A DNA stretch of 64,000 nucleotides from Anaeromyxobacteraceae bacterium (GCA_032654565.1 JAULAX010000005.1:1-64000); one strand, 5' to 3'; shown: positions 37,336-47,142, counted from the first letter of the stretch. Notes: a model not told the origin generated them from the letters alone. Numbers and translations: made by a program.

Positions 37336-37423
37336 CCTGACCGAGGGTTCCGCGCCGCGGACCATGGTCCGGCGTTCGGCCGGGCGGCGAACTCGGGCCT
37401 GGTGGGCCGTGCCTCGAGATCAC
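37336..37423 (+). repeat. 88-bp RAYT-left-end-like repeat, copy B
   Basis: CCTGACCGAGGGTTCC start, 14-bp palindrome CGGACCATGGTCCG (37358-37371), GAGATCAC at offset 80. Confidence 0.8.
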
Positions 37424-37986
37424 TGGGGAAACCTACTGTCCCCCGGCTTCGCCTCCTCGGCCTCGACCCGGCACTTCGCCTCGGCCCCGATCTTCGCGCG
37501 CAGCTCGCGCTCGAGATCGAGGCCAGCGAACTGGAGCGAGAGGCTGGTGACGCTGCCGGTGACGGTGCCGCCCTCGGCGATCTGGACCCGCCCGCCCAGG
37601 CTGACCGCGTCGCCGTCGACCCGACCACCCGCAGCCACGCGCACGTCACCGGCGATGGCGACCGCCTCCTCGGTGACCCGGGCGCCCCCCTCGACGCGGA
37701 CCGAGCCGCCGGCGGCCACCGCCTTCCTCACCCGGGCCCCGCGCTGGACGATCACCGAGCCGCGCAGGGCGATGGCGCTCTCCACCTCGGCCCCGGCCGG
37801 GACCACGAGGTCGGCGTCCTGGGCCACCCGGTCGTTCGGCCCCACCTTGAGGATGCAGGGCCCCTGCCCCTGCTTCTTGAACTTGAGCTTTCCGCCCGCG
37901 GTGCCGACCGCCTCCGGCTCCTCGGCCAGCGCCGGAAGCGAGGAGAGGGCGACGGCGAGCAGCGAGGCGACGACGGCGTGGCGCAT
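37420..37986 (-). CDS. exported protein with bactofilin-like beta-helix repeats
   Basis: Signal peptide and repeated AVAxGGxVxVxxGAxV units. Confidence 0.6.
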   Translation of the reverse strand: MRHAVVASLLAVALSSLPALAEEPEAVGTAGGKLKFKKQGQGPCILKVGPNDRVAQDADLVVPAGAEVESAIALRGSVIVQRGARVRKAVAAGGSVRVEGGARVTEEAVAIAGDVRVAAGGRVDGDAVSLGGRVQIAEGGTVTGSVTSLSLQFAGLDLERELRAKIGAEAKCRVEAEEAKPGDSRFPQ

Positions 37987-38107
37987 GGGGAGGCCTCCCG
38001 GGTGTGCAGTACCCTACGGGCGAGGCGGCCGGCTATTTCCGTCCCGATTGCGCCCGCCGATCCACCCCGCCATGATGGCCCCCTCCTCCCCGCCCCCGGA
38101 GCCGCCC

Positions 38108-38887
38108 ATGGACGCCGCCACGCTGGCCAAGCACCTCGAGACCCACCTGCGGGTCGCCACCTTCCCGGTCGGCGTCCTGCCGCTGCCCCCCGGCGCGCCC
38201 ATCCCGGGGAAGGCCCGCCGCCCCAAGAAGGACCTCGGGGTCGAGGTGGCCATCTGCCAGTCCATCAGCTTCGCCCGCCGCTATGGCTGGACGCTGGCCT
38301 TCACCGGCGAGGACCTCTCCTGCCCCATCGCCAAGGTGGCCTTCGGCTTCAAGGACCGCATCGACTTCTACGAGAAGGGCTCGCTGGCCGAGGGCATGTA
38401 CGCCTCCTGCGCCGATGCCGGGAAGGCCTTCGAGGCGGCGCTCCCGCGCTTCCAGCGCGACGAGGTGAGCGCGGTGGTGGTGGGGCCGCTGGCCCGCATC
38501 ACCTTCACCCCCGAGACCGTGGTGGTCTACGGCAACTCGGCCCAGGTGCTCCGCCTGGTCAACGCCGCCCTCTTCGAGAAGGGGGGCGCCTTCAAGACCG
38601 AGTTCACCGGCCGCGGCGACTGCGCCGACATCGTCATCCGCACCCGGCAGACCGGAGAGCCGCAGCTCATCCTCCCCTGCTACGGCGACCGGATCTTCGG
38701 GCTGGCGGCCGACGACGAGATGGCCTTCACCTTCCCGTTCTCCATGGCGGATACCATGGTCAAGGGACTCGAGGGGACCCACGCCGGGGGCATCCGCTAC
38801 CCCATCCCCCTCTACCAGCGCTTCACCGCAGAGTTTCCGGCCACCTACCAGGAGCTGGAGCGGCGCTGGAAGGCCGGCGAGACCTAG
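38108..38887 (+). CDS. DUF169-domain protein
   Basis: TFPVGV, ICQSISFARRYG, LSCP, YGNSAQV, PCYGDR. Confidence 0.8.
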   Translation: MDAATLAKHLETHLRVATFPVGVLPLPPGAPIPGKARRPKKDLGVEVAICQSISFARRYGWTLAFTGEDLSCPIAKVAFGFKDRIDFYEKGSLAEGMYASCADAGKAFEAALPRFQRDEVSAVVVGPLARITFTPETVVVYGNSAQVLRLVNAALFEKGGAFKTEFTGRGDCADIVIRTRQTGEPQLILPCYGDRIFGLAADDEMAFTFPFSMADTMVKGLEGTHAGGIRYPIPLYQRFTAEFPATYQELERRWKAGET

Positions 38888-38956
38888 CGCGTCACATCCG
38901 CCCCCGACCCCTGTCTGACTCTCTGAGAGGGCGCAGCCAGCCCGGGGGAGTTGAAG

Positions 38957-39082
38957 ATGACCGCCGACACCAAGCCGCTGAAGTGGAACCCGAACCGCTG
39001 GCAGGACCTGTTCCTCGACGTCACCGTCCCGCTGCTCTTCGCCATCCTCACCGCCGGCTTCTTCGCCCTCGCCGCGCAGTAG
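38957..39082 (+). CDS. 41-aa small membrane protein
   Basis: GGGGAG RBS, G/C at every third codon position, C-terminal hydrophobic helix. Confidence 0.7.
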   Translation: MTADTKPLKWNPNRWQDLFLDVTVPLLFAILTAGFFALAAQ

Positions 39083-39088
39083 CGGGAC

Positions 39089-40282
39089 CTAGCGCCCCGG
39101 GCGACCCTCGCCCGGCCCCGCCACCGGCCGCCCCGCCTCGGCCAGCACCGTCACCCGCGACCCGGCGCCCAGCGCCACCCCGTCGCCGCGCGGCTCGGTC
39201 CCCTCCAGCGCCACCACGTCTCCCCGCCGCAGCGTCTCGAAGCGGCGGTTGGCGTCGCCGACGTGCTTCTCCTGCAGCGCCAGCCCCTTGCGCCCGTCCG
39301 GCCCGCAGCCCATGTAGCGGAGCCGCCCCTTGCCGGCCAGCGGCTCGGAGACGATGCGGAAGACCAGGCCCGGCGGCGGCGGCGCCCACGCCTCCCCCGG
39401 CGGCGCCAGCACCAGGTAGCTCATCTTCACCGCCTCCTTGCGGAGGCCGGCGACCTTGCCGATCTGCGCCACCAGCGGCGGCGGGGAGATGGCCCGCTCG
39501 GCGTGGCACCAGTCCGACTCCTTGGGCAGCGCCGGGCAGGGGCCGCGGAACAGGCACGGCGCCCGCACCGCGAAGCCACGCCCCACCAGCAGGTCGCGGA
39601 CCCGGAGCAGCGCCCGCGAGGTGTCGCGCAGCGCCGGCTCGATCACCACCAGCGAGCCGCCCGGGGCCAGCGTCCGCGCCGCCTCGTCCAGCAGGGCCGC
39701 CCGCTTCTCTTCGGCCCCCTCGCCCTTCCAGAGCTCGTTGATGACGTGGCCGAGCGAGATCAGGTCGGGCGGCTTCCCGGCGCAGAGGTCGGAGAGCGGC
39801 CGCCCCTGGGTGGGGTTCCACTCCCGCGTCGCCAGCCGCTGGCCGGATCGCCGGGCCAGCTCGCGGGCCGCCGCCAGCGCCTGCTTGGCCCGGTCGCAGG
39901 CGGTCACCGCCTCGGCCCCGGCGTCGAGCGCCGCGAAGGCCAGCGGGCCGGGGCCGCTGCCGAGGTCGAGCACCGCGCCGGGGCGGCCCGGCAGCTCGGA
40001 GAGGACGCCGCGCGCCTGCAGGTAGGAGATGGGCCAGTAGAAGAGCAGGTAGGCGCCGAGCAGCCGCTCGTCGTCCAGGTAGCGGGCACCGGCCAGCTCG
40101 CGCTCGCGGGTCAGGCCGGTGGAGAGGCGGGTCACCGCCGCCGCCACCTCGCGCAGCTCGTCGGGGAGGAGCGCGTCGGGGGGCGGGCGGGGGCCGCCGC
40201 GGCCGGGGGAGCGGCGGGCCTCCCGCCAGGTGGCCAGCAGGCGGGGGATCCAGGCGGCGAGATCGGCGGCGGGGGTGCCCAC
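39089..40282 (-). CDS. Rsm22/METTL17-like SAM-dependent methyltransferase
   Basis: AYLLFYWP, VLDLGSGPG, VINEL, IEPA, APC..CP..WCH, MSYLVL. Confidence 0.8.
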   Translation of the reverse strand: MGTPAADLAAWIPRLLATWREARRSPGRGGPRPPPDALLPDELREVAAAVTRLSTGLTRERELAGARYLDDERLLGAYLLFYWPISYLQARGVLSELPGRPGAVLDLGSGPGPLAFAALDAGAEAVTACDRAKQALAAARELARRSGQRLATREWNPTQGRPLSDLCAGKPPDLISLGHVINELWKGEGAEEKRAALLDEAARTLAPGGSLVVIEPALRDTSRALLRVRDLLVGRGFAVRAPCLFRGPCPALPKESDWCHAERAISPPPLVAQIGKVAGLRKEAVKMSYLVLAPPGEAWAPPPPGLVFRIVSEPLAGKGRLRYMGCGPDGRKGLALQEKHVGDANRRFETLRRGDVVALEGTEPRGDGVALGAGSRVTVLAEAGRPVAGPGEGRPGR

Positions 40283-40373
40283 GGGGTAGTCGTAGCACGG
40301 TGGACAGGGGTGAACAGGCGGGTCGCGGCCCGTTCACGTCGGCCGCCAACCCGCGTATGGTTGGCTCCACGTC

Positions 40374-41180
40374 GTGACCCGACACCTGACCGCCGCCCCG
40401 CCTTCGCTCCGGCTCGACGCCGACCAGGCCGCGCTCCGGCGGCGCCGCGCCGCCGGGTCCGCCTTCTCCGCCGTCTCCGCCCTCTCCGCCCGACCGTTGG
40501 CCCTGGCCCTGGTTCTGGCCCTGGTCCCGGCCTGGAGCGACGCGCAGGAGGCCGCCCTCCCCGCCCCGCCGGCCTGCGAGGCCACCGCGGGCGACGAGCC
40601 GGACTCCCCACCTCCTCCCCCCGCCCCGCCCCACCTCCACCGCGACTGGTACGGCGGGCTCGAGCTCGGCCTGGCCGACGCCACCGCCGGCGGCGCCGGC
40701 GCCGGCAAGTACTACTCGCTCTCCCAGCTCAACGGCGGCGCCCCGGTGAGGCCCCTGGCCCTCGGCCTCCGGGTGGGCCGCGCGGTGGGGCACCACCTGC
40801 GGCTCGGGCTGGCGCTGGTCCAGGTGGTGGCCCTCGCCGAGCAGGGGACCATCTCCAGCAGCGCCTCGGTGGGCCGGTTCGGGGCCGAGCTCTCCTGGCT
40901 CCCGCGCGGCGACGGCCCCTTCCTGCGGGGCGAGCTGGGCATCGGCTGGCTCCAGCTCTCGGGCGACGAGCGCCACGTCGTCCCGGGGCGCGGCGTCGGC
41001 CGCCACGGGCCGGCGCTGACCGCCGGCGGCGGCTACCGGTTGGCGCTCCCGCGGATCATCAACAGCCACCTGGTCGCCAGCGCCGACCTCTCCTATGCCC
41101 GCTACACCGACTCCAGCCGGCTGGGCGGGAAGCTGGCCTGGTCGCTGGCCTGGATCGGCCGGGTCGGCTTCGAGCTCTGA
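40374..41180 (+). CDS. hypothetical protein, probable outer-membrane beta-barrel
   Basis: Signal-like segment, alternating hydrophobic strands, ends GRVGFEL; start uncertain. Confidence 0.5.
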   Translation: MTRHLTAAPPSLRLDADQAALRRRRAAGSAFSAVSALSARPLALALVLALVPAWSDAQEAALPAPPACEATAGDEPDSPPPPPAPPHLHRDWYGGLELGLADATAGGAGAGKYYSLSQLNGGAPVRPLALGLRVGRAVGHHLRLGLALVQVVALAEQGTISSSASVGRFGAELSWLPRGDGPFLRGELGIGWLQLSGDERHVVPGRGVGRHGPALTAGGGYRLALPRIINSHLVASADLSYARYTDSSRLGGKLAWSLAWIGRVGFEL

Positions 41181-41188
41181 GAGCCGGC

Positions 41189-41662
41189 TCAACAGCCATC
41201 GAGCCGCTGCACCTCGATGGTGCGGCAGGCGCTGAAGCCGTCCCCATCCTCGGCCTCCAGCTCGATGCGGTTGGTGCCGATGGCGAGCGGCACGGTGACG
41301 CCGAAGGAGGGGCCGGCGCAGCCGGTGGCCGCGAAGGGCCAGCAGCTGGTGGTCTGGAAGGTCCCCGGGACCTGGCCGGTCTCGCCGGTGGCCAGGTTGC
41401 GCCAGCTGACCTGGACCGTCCAGGGGGGCGGGCAGGGCTCGCCACACGCCGCCCCGGAGAAGGAGGAGAAGGCCACCCCGGAGAAGCCGACGCTGGCGGC
41501 GCAGCTCGGGGCCAGGGTCCCGGTGATCTCGATCTGGGCGGGATCGAGCGTGCAGCGCAGCCGATCGCTCCCCAGGTTGCACCCGCCGGCCCAGAAAGAG
41601 AGGGCGGCGGCCGCGGCGCGGACACCCCAGGCGCGGCGCGGAAAGACCCGGGCGCTGGGCAT
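41189..41662 (-). CDS. Cys-rich hypothetical lipoprotein
   Basis: Lipobox AGGC; Ig-like GTNRIELEAEDGDG. Confidence 0.55.
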   Translation of the reverse strand: MPSARVFPRRAWGVRAAAAALSFWAGGCNLGSDRLRCTLDPAQIEITGTLAPSCAASVGFSGVAFSSFSGAACGEPCPPPWTVQVSWRNLATGETGQVPGTFQTTSCWPFAATGCAGPSFGVTVPLAIGTNRIELEAEDGDGFSACRTIEVQRLDGC

Positions 41663-41748
41663 GGCGCCAGCCTATCAGGCCGGGGCCGGGGCTGCCCGGC
41701 CGGGTTCCCGCAGAGGGAAACTGGCTCGCCCCCCCGGAACGTGGTCAA

Positions 41749-42219
41749 ATGAGCCACATGCCGACGATCCGGCCCAAGACCATCGCCGCGAAAAAGCCCG
41801 TGGCCAAGGCGCCTGCTGCGCGCCCCGACCCGAGCAACGCGCCGCTCACCGAGAAGCTGAACGTGAAGCCAGGCACCACCATCGTGGTGCTGGGGGCCCC
41901 GGCCGGCTATCGCCAGAAGCTCGGGCCACTGCCCGAGGGCGCCCGGCTGGTGAACGTGGTCCCGGCCGAGGCGGCCTTCGTCCACCTCTTCGCCCGCGAC
42001 GGCGCCGCCCTCTCCTCCCGCCTCCGCGAGGTGTCGCCGCGCCTCACCGCCGACGCCACCGTCTGGATCAGCTTCCCCAAGGCCGACTCGGGCGCCGGCT
42101 CCGACCTGAGCCGCGAGAAGATCCGCGCCCTGGCCGGTCCCTTCGGCCTCGAGCCGGTGGCGGTCATCGCCCTCGACAAGATCTGGGCCGGGCTCCGCTT
42201 CAAGCGCGTCCCCAAGTAG
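41749..42219 (+). CDS. DUF3052-like hypothetical protein
   Basis: KLNVKPG, VWISFPK, SDLSRE, IALDKIWAGLRFK. Confidence 0.65.
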   Translation: MSHMPTIRPKTIAAKKPVAKAPAARPDPSNAPLTEKLNVKPGTTIVVLGAPAGYRQKLGPLPEGARLVNVVPAEAAFVHLFARDGAALSSRLREVSPRLTADATVWISFPKADSGAGSDLSREKIRALAGPFGLEPVAVIALDKIWAGLRFKRVPK

Positions 42220-42242
42220 GCGGACCGCGCGGCGCCGCCGGC

Positions 42243-43157
42243 CTACCCCGGCAGCGGCAGCTCCACCACCAGCCCATCGTTGGCCACCTCGACGGCGGCG
42301 AACTCCTCGCGCGCCTGCTGCAGCAGGGTGGCGGTGTCGCGGTCGTAGCGCGTCGAGAGGTGGGTGAGGATGAGCCGGCCCACGCCCGCCTCCCGCGCCA
42401 CCCGGGCAGCCTCCCGCGCCGTGGCGTGCAGGGTCTCGACCGCCCGCGCCGCCTCGGCGTCGCCGAAGGTGGAGTCGTGGACCAGCAGGTCGGCCCCGCG
42501 GGCCGCCGCCACCGTGGCGGCGCAGGGGCGGGTGTCGCCGGTGAGCACCACCTTGCGGCCGCGCCGGGGGGCGTCCACCACCTGCCCGGGCTCGACGCGC
42601 CGGCCGTCGGGCAGCACCACCGCGCGGCCGTGCTGCAGCTCGCCGAAGAGCGGCCCCGGGGGCACCCCCAGGGCCACGGCGCGGTCGGTGTGGAAGCGGC
42701 CGGGCCGGTCGTCCTCGACCAGCGCCCAGCCGCAGGAGCTGAGCTTGTGCTCGGTGGCGAAGCTCACCAGCCGGCAGCCGTCGCGGCGCACCTCGTCGCC
42801 CGGCGACACCTCGTGGATGCGCACCTCGAAGGTGAGCTTCTCGACGCCGGCGAAGAGCATGGTGTCGAGCAGCTTGCGGGCCGGCTTCGGGCCGTAGATG
42901 TCGAGCGGCTCGGCCCGGTCCTGCATGGAGAGGGTCCGCAGGAAGCCGATGGCGCCGAGGTAGTGGTCGGCGTGGAAGTGGGTGAAGCAGATGGCGGCCA
43001 CGTCGAAGCCGGTGCCGTAGCGGATCATCTGCCGCTGCGTCCCCTCCCCGCAGTCCACCAGGAACAGCTCGCGCTCCCGCCGCAGCGCGTGGCCGGTCAG
43101 GTTGCGCCCGATGGTGGGCTGGGCGGCCGAGGTGCCGAGGAAGGTGAGCCGGAGCAT
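42243..43157 (-). CDS. rnz: ribonuclease Z
   Basis: FLGTSAAQP, DCGEGTQ, THFHADH, GP exosite, THLSTRY. Confidence 0.92.
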   Translation of the reverse strand: MLRLTFLGTSAAQPTIGRNLTGHALRRERELFLVDCGEGTQRQMIRYGTGFDVAAICFTHFHADHYLGAIGFLRTLSMQDRAEPLDIYGPKPARKLLDTMLFAGVEKLTFEVRIHEVSPGDEVRRDGCRLVSFATEHKLSSCGWALVEDDRPGRFHTDRAVALGVPPGPLFGELQHGRAVVLPDGRRVEPGQVVDAPRRGRKVVLTGDTRPCAATVAAARGADLLVHDSTFGDAEAARAVETLHATAREAARVAREAGVGRLILTHLSTRYDRDTATLLQQAREEFAAVEVANDGLVVELPLPG

Positions 43158-43202
43158 GGGGAGCGGCCCGGCGCGGCGCGACAGGCGCCGGCGGCGGGGC
43201 GG

Positions 43203-43850
43203 CTAGGCCTTGGGGACCTTCTCCCAGTCGGCGAGGAACTGCTTCAGCCCCTTGTCGGTGAGCGGGTGCTGGGCCAGCTGCTCGATCACCTTGTAGGGGA
43301 TGGTGGCGACGTCGGCGCCGATGCGGGCCGACTGCAGCACGTGGATGGGGTGGCGGACGCTGGCCACCAGCACCTGGGTCTTGAAGCCGTAGTTCGAGTA
43401 GATCTCCACGATCTGCTCGATGAGCTGCATGCCGTCCTCGGAGATGTCGTCGAGCCGGCCCACGAAGGGAGAGATGTAGGTGGCCCCGGCCTTGGCGGCC
43501 AGCAGCGCCTGCACCGCCGAGAAGCAGAGCGTGACGTTGGTCTTGATGCCGCGCCCGGAGAGGACCTTGACCGCCTTGAGCCCCTCGACGATGAGCGGCA
43601 CCTTGATGACGATGTCGGGGCCGAAGCCGACCAGGTGCTCGGCCTCCTTGAGCATGCCCTCGCAGTCGAGCGCCGTGACCTCGGCGCTGATGGGGCCGGG
43701 CTTGAGGGCCACGATCTCGCGGAGGACGTCGTCGAACTTCCGGCCGGTCTTGGCCACCAGCGAGGGGTTGGTGGTGACGCCGTCGCAGAGGCCGAGCGCC
43801 AGCGCCTTCTTGATCTCGCCGAGGTCCGCCGAGTCGATGAAGAACTTCAT
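43203..43850 (-). CDS. tal: transaldolase / fructose-6-phosphate aldolase (short type)
   Basis: [41 protein letters not shown]. Confidence 0.9.
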   Translation of the reverse strand: MKFFIDSADLGEIKKALALGLCDGVTTNPSLVAKTGRKFDDVLREIVALKPGPISAEVTALDCEGMLKEAEHLVGFGPDIVIKVPLIVEGLKAVKVLSGRGIKTNVTLCFSAVQALLAAKAGATYISPFVGRLDDISEDGMQLIEQIVEIYSNYGFKTQVLVASVRHPIHVLQSARIGADVATIPYKVIEQLAQHPLTDKGLKQFLADWEKVPKA

Positions 43851-43943
43851 CTGGTGAGTCTCCGGGGAAGGTGGGGAGGCACCGCCATAGCGCACCGGCG
43901 AGGGCGCCCGCAAGCGGGGCCGTCGTGCCATACTGCCGGCCCC

Positions 43944-45026
43944 ATGCCGAAGCGCCGCCCCACCCGCGCCCCCCGCCCCCGCCGAGCCGGGACCACCCCC
44001 GGGACCCCCCGGCGCCGCCCCGCCGCCCCCCCCCCGGCCCTCCGCCCCGTCCCCGCCCGCCGCTCCCGGGCCCTCGTCGACTACGGGCTGACCGTGCTCT
44101 CCGCCGAGGCCGCCGCCATCGGCCGGGTCCGGCTGGGCGAGCCGTTCGCGCGGGCCGTGGAGTGGATCCTCGGCTGCACCGGCCGGGTGGTGATCACCGG
44201 CATGGGGAAGCCCGGCTTCGTGGCCCAGAAGATCTCGGCGACGCTGGCCTCCACCGGCACCCCCTCCCACTTCGTCCACCCCGCCGAGGCGGCCCACGGC
44301 GACCTCGGGCGCATCGCCCGGGAGGACGTGGTCATCGCCCTCTCCAACTCCGGCGAGACCGAGGAGCTGCTGCGGCTGCTGCCGGCGCTCAAGAAGATCG
44401 GCGCCCGCATCGTGGCCGTCACCCGGGACAGCGCCAACCCGCTGGCCCGCGGCGCCGACCTGGTCATCGCCATCGGCAACGTCGAGGAGGCCTGCCCCAT
44501 GGGGCTGGCCCCCACCGCCTCCACCGCGGTGCTGCTGGCGGTGGGCGACGCCCTGGCCATGACGGTGCTGGAGAGCCGCGACTTCTCCAAGGAGGAGTAC
44601 GCGCTCTTCCACCCCGGCGGCAAGCTGGGGCGCGGCCTGATGAAGGTGCAGGAGCTGATGCGGCAGGGCGAGGCCTGCCCGCTGGTGGCCGAGTCGGCGC
44701 CGCTCAGCGCCGCGGTGGCGGTGATGACCGGGACCCCGGGGCGCCCCGGCGCCACCGGCGTCCACGACGCCGCCGGCAAGCTGGTCGGCATCTTCACCGA
44801 CGGTGACCTGCGCCGGCTGGTGGAGCTGGGCCACACCGACTTCACCCGCCCGGTGGCGGTGGCCATGGGGCGGAACCCCCGCACCATCCGGCCCGGCGAC
44901 CTGCTGGTCGACGCCGCCCGGGTGCTGCGCGAGGCCCGCATCGACCAGGTGCCGGTGGTCGACGGCGAGGGGCGGATGGTCGGCCTGCTCGACGTGCAGG
45001 ACCTGCTGGCCGCCAAGATCCTGTGA
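43944..45026 (+). CDS. kdsD: KpsF/GutQ-family arabinose-5-phosphate isomerase (SIS + CBS)
   Basis: [51 protein letters not shown]. Confidence 0.88.
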   Translation: MPKRRPTRAPRPRRAGTTPGTPRRRPAAPPPALRPVPARRSRALVDYGLTVLSAEAAAIGRVRLGEPFARAVEWILGCTGRVVITGMGKPGFVAQKISATLASTGTPSHFVHPAEAAHGDLGRIAREDVVIALSNSGETEELLRLLPALKKIGARIVAVTRDSANPLARGADLVIAIGNVEEACPMGLAPTASTAVLLAVGDALAMTVLESRDFSKEEYALFHPGGKLGRGLMKVQELMRQGEACPLVAESAPLSAAVAVMTGTPGRPGATGVHDAAGKLVGIFTDGDLRRLVELGHTDFTRPVAVAMGRNPRTIRPGDLLVDAARVLREARIDQVPVVDGEGRMVGLLDVQDLLAAKIL

Positions 45027-45673
45027 CCGGGGACGCCGCCCTCCGCCTCGCCCTCTGCGCCGCCGGCCGCCGGCTGCTGCAGGCCGACCTGATCGCCGCC
45101 GCCGAGGGCAACCTCTCCGCCCGGCTCCCCGGCGGCACCTTCCTCATCACCCCCTCCGGCGTCTCCAAGGCGGCGCTGGAGCCGGGCCAGTTGCTGGAGG
45201 TGGACGCCGCCGGGCGGGTGATCCGCGGCGCCGGCCGCCCCTCCACCGAGCTGCCCATGCACCTTTGCGCCTACGCCGCCCGGCCCGACGCCATGGCGCT
45301 GGTCCACGCCCACCCCATCACCGCGGTGGCCTTCACCATCGCCGGCGCGCCCTGGCCGGGGGATCTCGTCCCCGAGGCGGCGGTGACGCTGGGGCCGGTG
45401 GCGGTGGCGCCGTTCGCCACCCCCGGCACCGCCGAGGTGCCGGCCTCGCTGGCGCCGCTCCTGCCCCACCACGACGTCTTCCTGCTGGCCCGCCACGGCG
45501 CGCTCTGCCTCGGCGCCACCGTCGACGAGGCGCTGGGGCGGATGGAGACGCTGGAGCGGGTGGCCCGCATGGCGCTGATCGCCGGCGCGCTGGGACGCTG
45601 CCAGCCGCTGCCGCCCGCCGCCGTCGACGCCGTGCTGCGGGCCGCCGGCAAGGCGCCCCGAGGCGGAGAGTGA
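45023..45673 (+). CDS. class II aldolase/adducin family protein
   Basis: [30 protein letters not shown]. Confidence 0.85.
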   Translation: MTGDAALRLALCAAGRRLLQADLIAAAEGNLSARLPGGTFLITPSGVSKAALEPGQLLEVDAAGRVIRGAGRPSTELPMHLCAYAARPDAMALVHAHPITAVAFTIAGAPWPGDLVPEAAVTLGPVAVAPFATPGTAEVPASLAPLLPHHDVFLLARHGALCLGATVDEALGRMETLERVARMALIAGALGRCQPLPPAAVDAVLRAAGKAPRGGE

Positions 45674-45755
45674 CGGTGCGGCGCGCCCGGACCGGCCCCG
45701 GTGCTGGCACGGGCACCGACCCCGGCGTCGACTTCGGCCTCGGCCTCGGCGGAAC

Positions 45756-46340
45756 ATGAGCCGGCCCGAGCACGACGGCCTCTTCAAGCTGGGCCTTGGC
45801 GAGGGCGGCGCCGTCCCCTTCGCCGCCAGCCACGCCTGGCGGGTGGAGGACGATCCGCACGCCCCGCCCCGCCTGGTGGCCGCGCCCGACCGCGACCAGG
45901 TCGGCCTGCTCATCGAGCTGGCCCGCACCCTGCCGGCGCCGTTCCACGTCATCTACGTGGCGCTGGCGACCCGGGGGCTCCGCCCCACCGGCCGCTACCT
46001 GTCGATGGCGCCGCTGGGGCGGGAGGCGCTGGAGGGCTTCCTCTCCCGCTACCGGCCGTTCCTGGAGCGCGACGGCCGCCACCACCTCTGGATCGGCTGC
46101 GCCGACGAGCCCTCGACGCTGGTCTACGACCAGCACCAGCTGCTGCTGCTCTACGGCCGGCTCGAGGCCTACGCGCCGGTGCTGCGCGCCGCCGGGATGG
46201 GCGAGGGGCCGGTGCCGCCGACGCCCGAGCCGCACCGCCACCTGGTCCACCAGCCCTTCGACGCCGTCGAGAACGACCTGCTCGGCTCGCGGGGCTGGAC
46301 CTGGAACCCGCTCGAGCCGGGGGACGAGGAGGTCGAGTAG
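45756..46340 (+). CDS. hypothetical protein
   Basis: GC3-rich ORF with globular composition (FLERDGRHHLWI, VYDQH). Confidence 0.6.
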   Translation: MSRPEHDGLFKLGLGEGGAVPFAASHAWRVEDDPHAPPRLVAAPDRDQVGLLIELARTLPAPFHVIYVALATRGLRPTGRYLSMAPLGREALEGFLSRYRPFLERDGRHHLWIGCADEPSTLVYDQHQLLLLYGRLEAYAPVLRAAGMGEGPVPPTPEPHRHLVHQPFDAVENDLLGSRGWTWNPLEPGDEEVE

Positions 46341-46496
46341 GGGGGCACGGGGCTCGTTCCAGGCCAGGACCCTGCGTGACGCTCGAAGGCGGCCGCGCCC
46401 CCGCCTCGCCGACCGACCCTGCGCTCCCTTCGCAGCGCCTCCCGGTCGTCCTCCGGCCGCGTTCGCAGGCGGAGCGCCGTGTGCCAACGGCTCACC

Positions 46497-46985
46497 TCAC
46501 CCCGGATACCCCCCCACCTCCCGCAGCTCCCACTCCGGCGCCGCCGCCAGCAGCTCGGCCACCGTCCGGCCCGTCCCCGGCACCGCCCGCTCGGGGCAGA
46601 GCTCCGCCAGCGGCTGCAGCGCGAACCGCCGCTCCGCCAGGGCGCGGTGCGGCACCGTGAGGCCGGGCTCGGCCACCACCCGGTCGCCGAGCAGGAGCAG
46701 GTCGAGGTCGAGGGTGCGCGCCCCCCAGCGGACGTCGCGGCGGCGCCCGGCCACCCGCTCCACGGCGCGCAGCGCGGCCAGCAGCGCCTGCGGCGGCAGG
46801 GTGGTCTCCAGCTCCAGCGCGGCGTTCAGGTAGCGCGGCTGCGGCGGCCCCAGCGGCGCCGAGTCCCAGACCCGCGAGCCCCGCACCACCGCCACCCCGG
46901 GCGTGCCCCGCAGGGTCCGCGCCGCCAGCGCCAGGAAGGCCCAGCGATCACCGAGGTTGGCGCCGACGCCGACGAAGGCCCGCAT
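46497..46985 (-). CDS. folK: 2-amino-4-hydroxy-6-hydroxymethyldihydropteridine diphosphokinase
   Basis: GVGANLGDR, YLNAA, WGARTLDLDLL, VPH..ERRFALQPL. Confidence 0.92.
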   Translation of the reverse strand: MRAFVGVGANLGDRWAFLALAARTLRGTPGVAVVRGSRVWDSAPLGPPQPRYLNAALELETTLPPQALLAALRAVERVAGRRRDVRWGARTLDLDLLLLGDRVVAEPGLTVPHRALAERRFALQPLAELCPERAVPGTGRTVAELLAAAPEWELREVGGYPG

Positions 46986-47142
46986 GGTGCCGGTGTAGCC
47001 CAGCGGGCCGCAACGCGCCAGCGCGCCCCGGCCGGGCCTGCGCCGCCACACCGGGGCGCGGTAGACTGCGGTCGCCGACGCACCGGAGGCCTCCCTGCCC
47101 ACCTTCCGCCCACCCGCCACGCGAGGCGCCCTGCTCGCCACC

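Noticed and set aside
36310..37423. CRISPR array or integron attC interpretation of the 88-bp repeats
   Set aside because: Only two copies 1 kb apart, no cas or tyrosine integrase in the window, and no clear RYYYAAC/GTTRRRY ends.
36367..39741. 1124-aa ORF and the many other long Arg/Pro/Gly-rich ORFs (e.g. 19179-22025, 31264-33993)
   Set aside because: Low-complexity shadow frames overlapping recognisable genes.
41217..43943. 1269-aa ORF extending kdsD upstream
   Set aside because: The upstream part is off-frame or antisense to rnz, tal and others; a stop-poor shadow frame.
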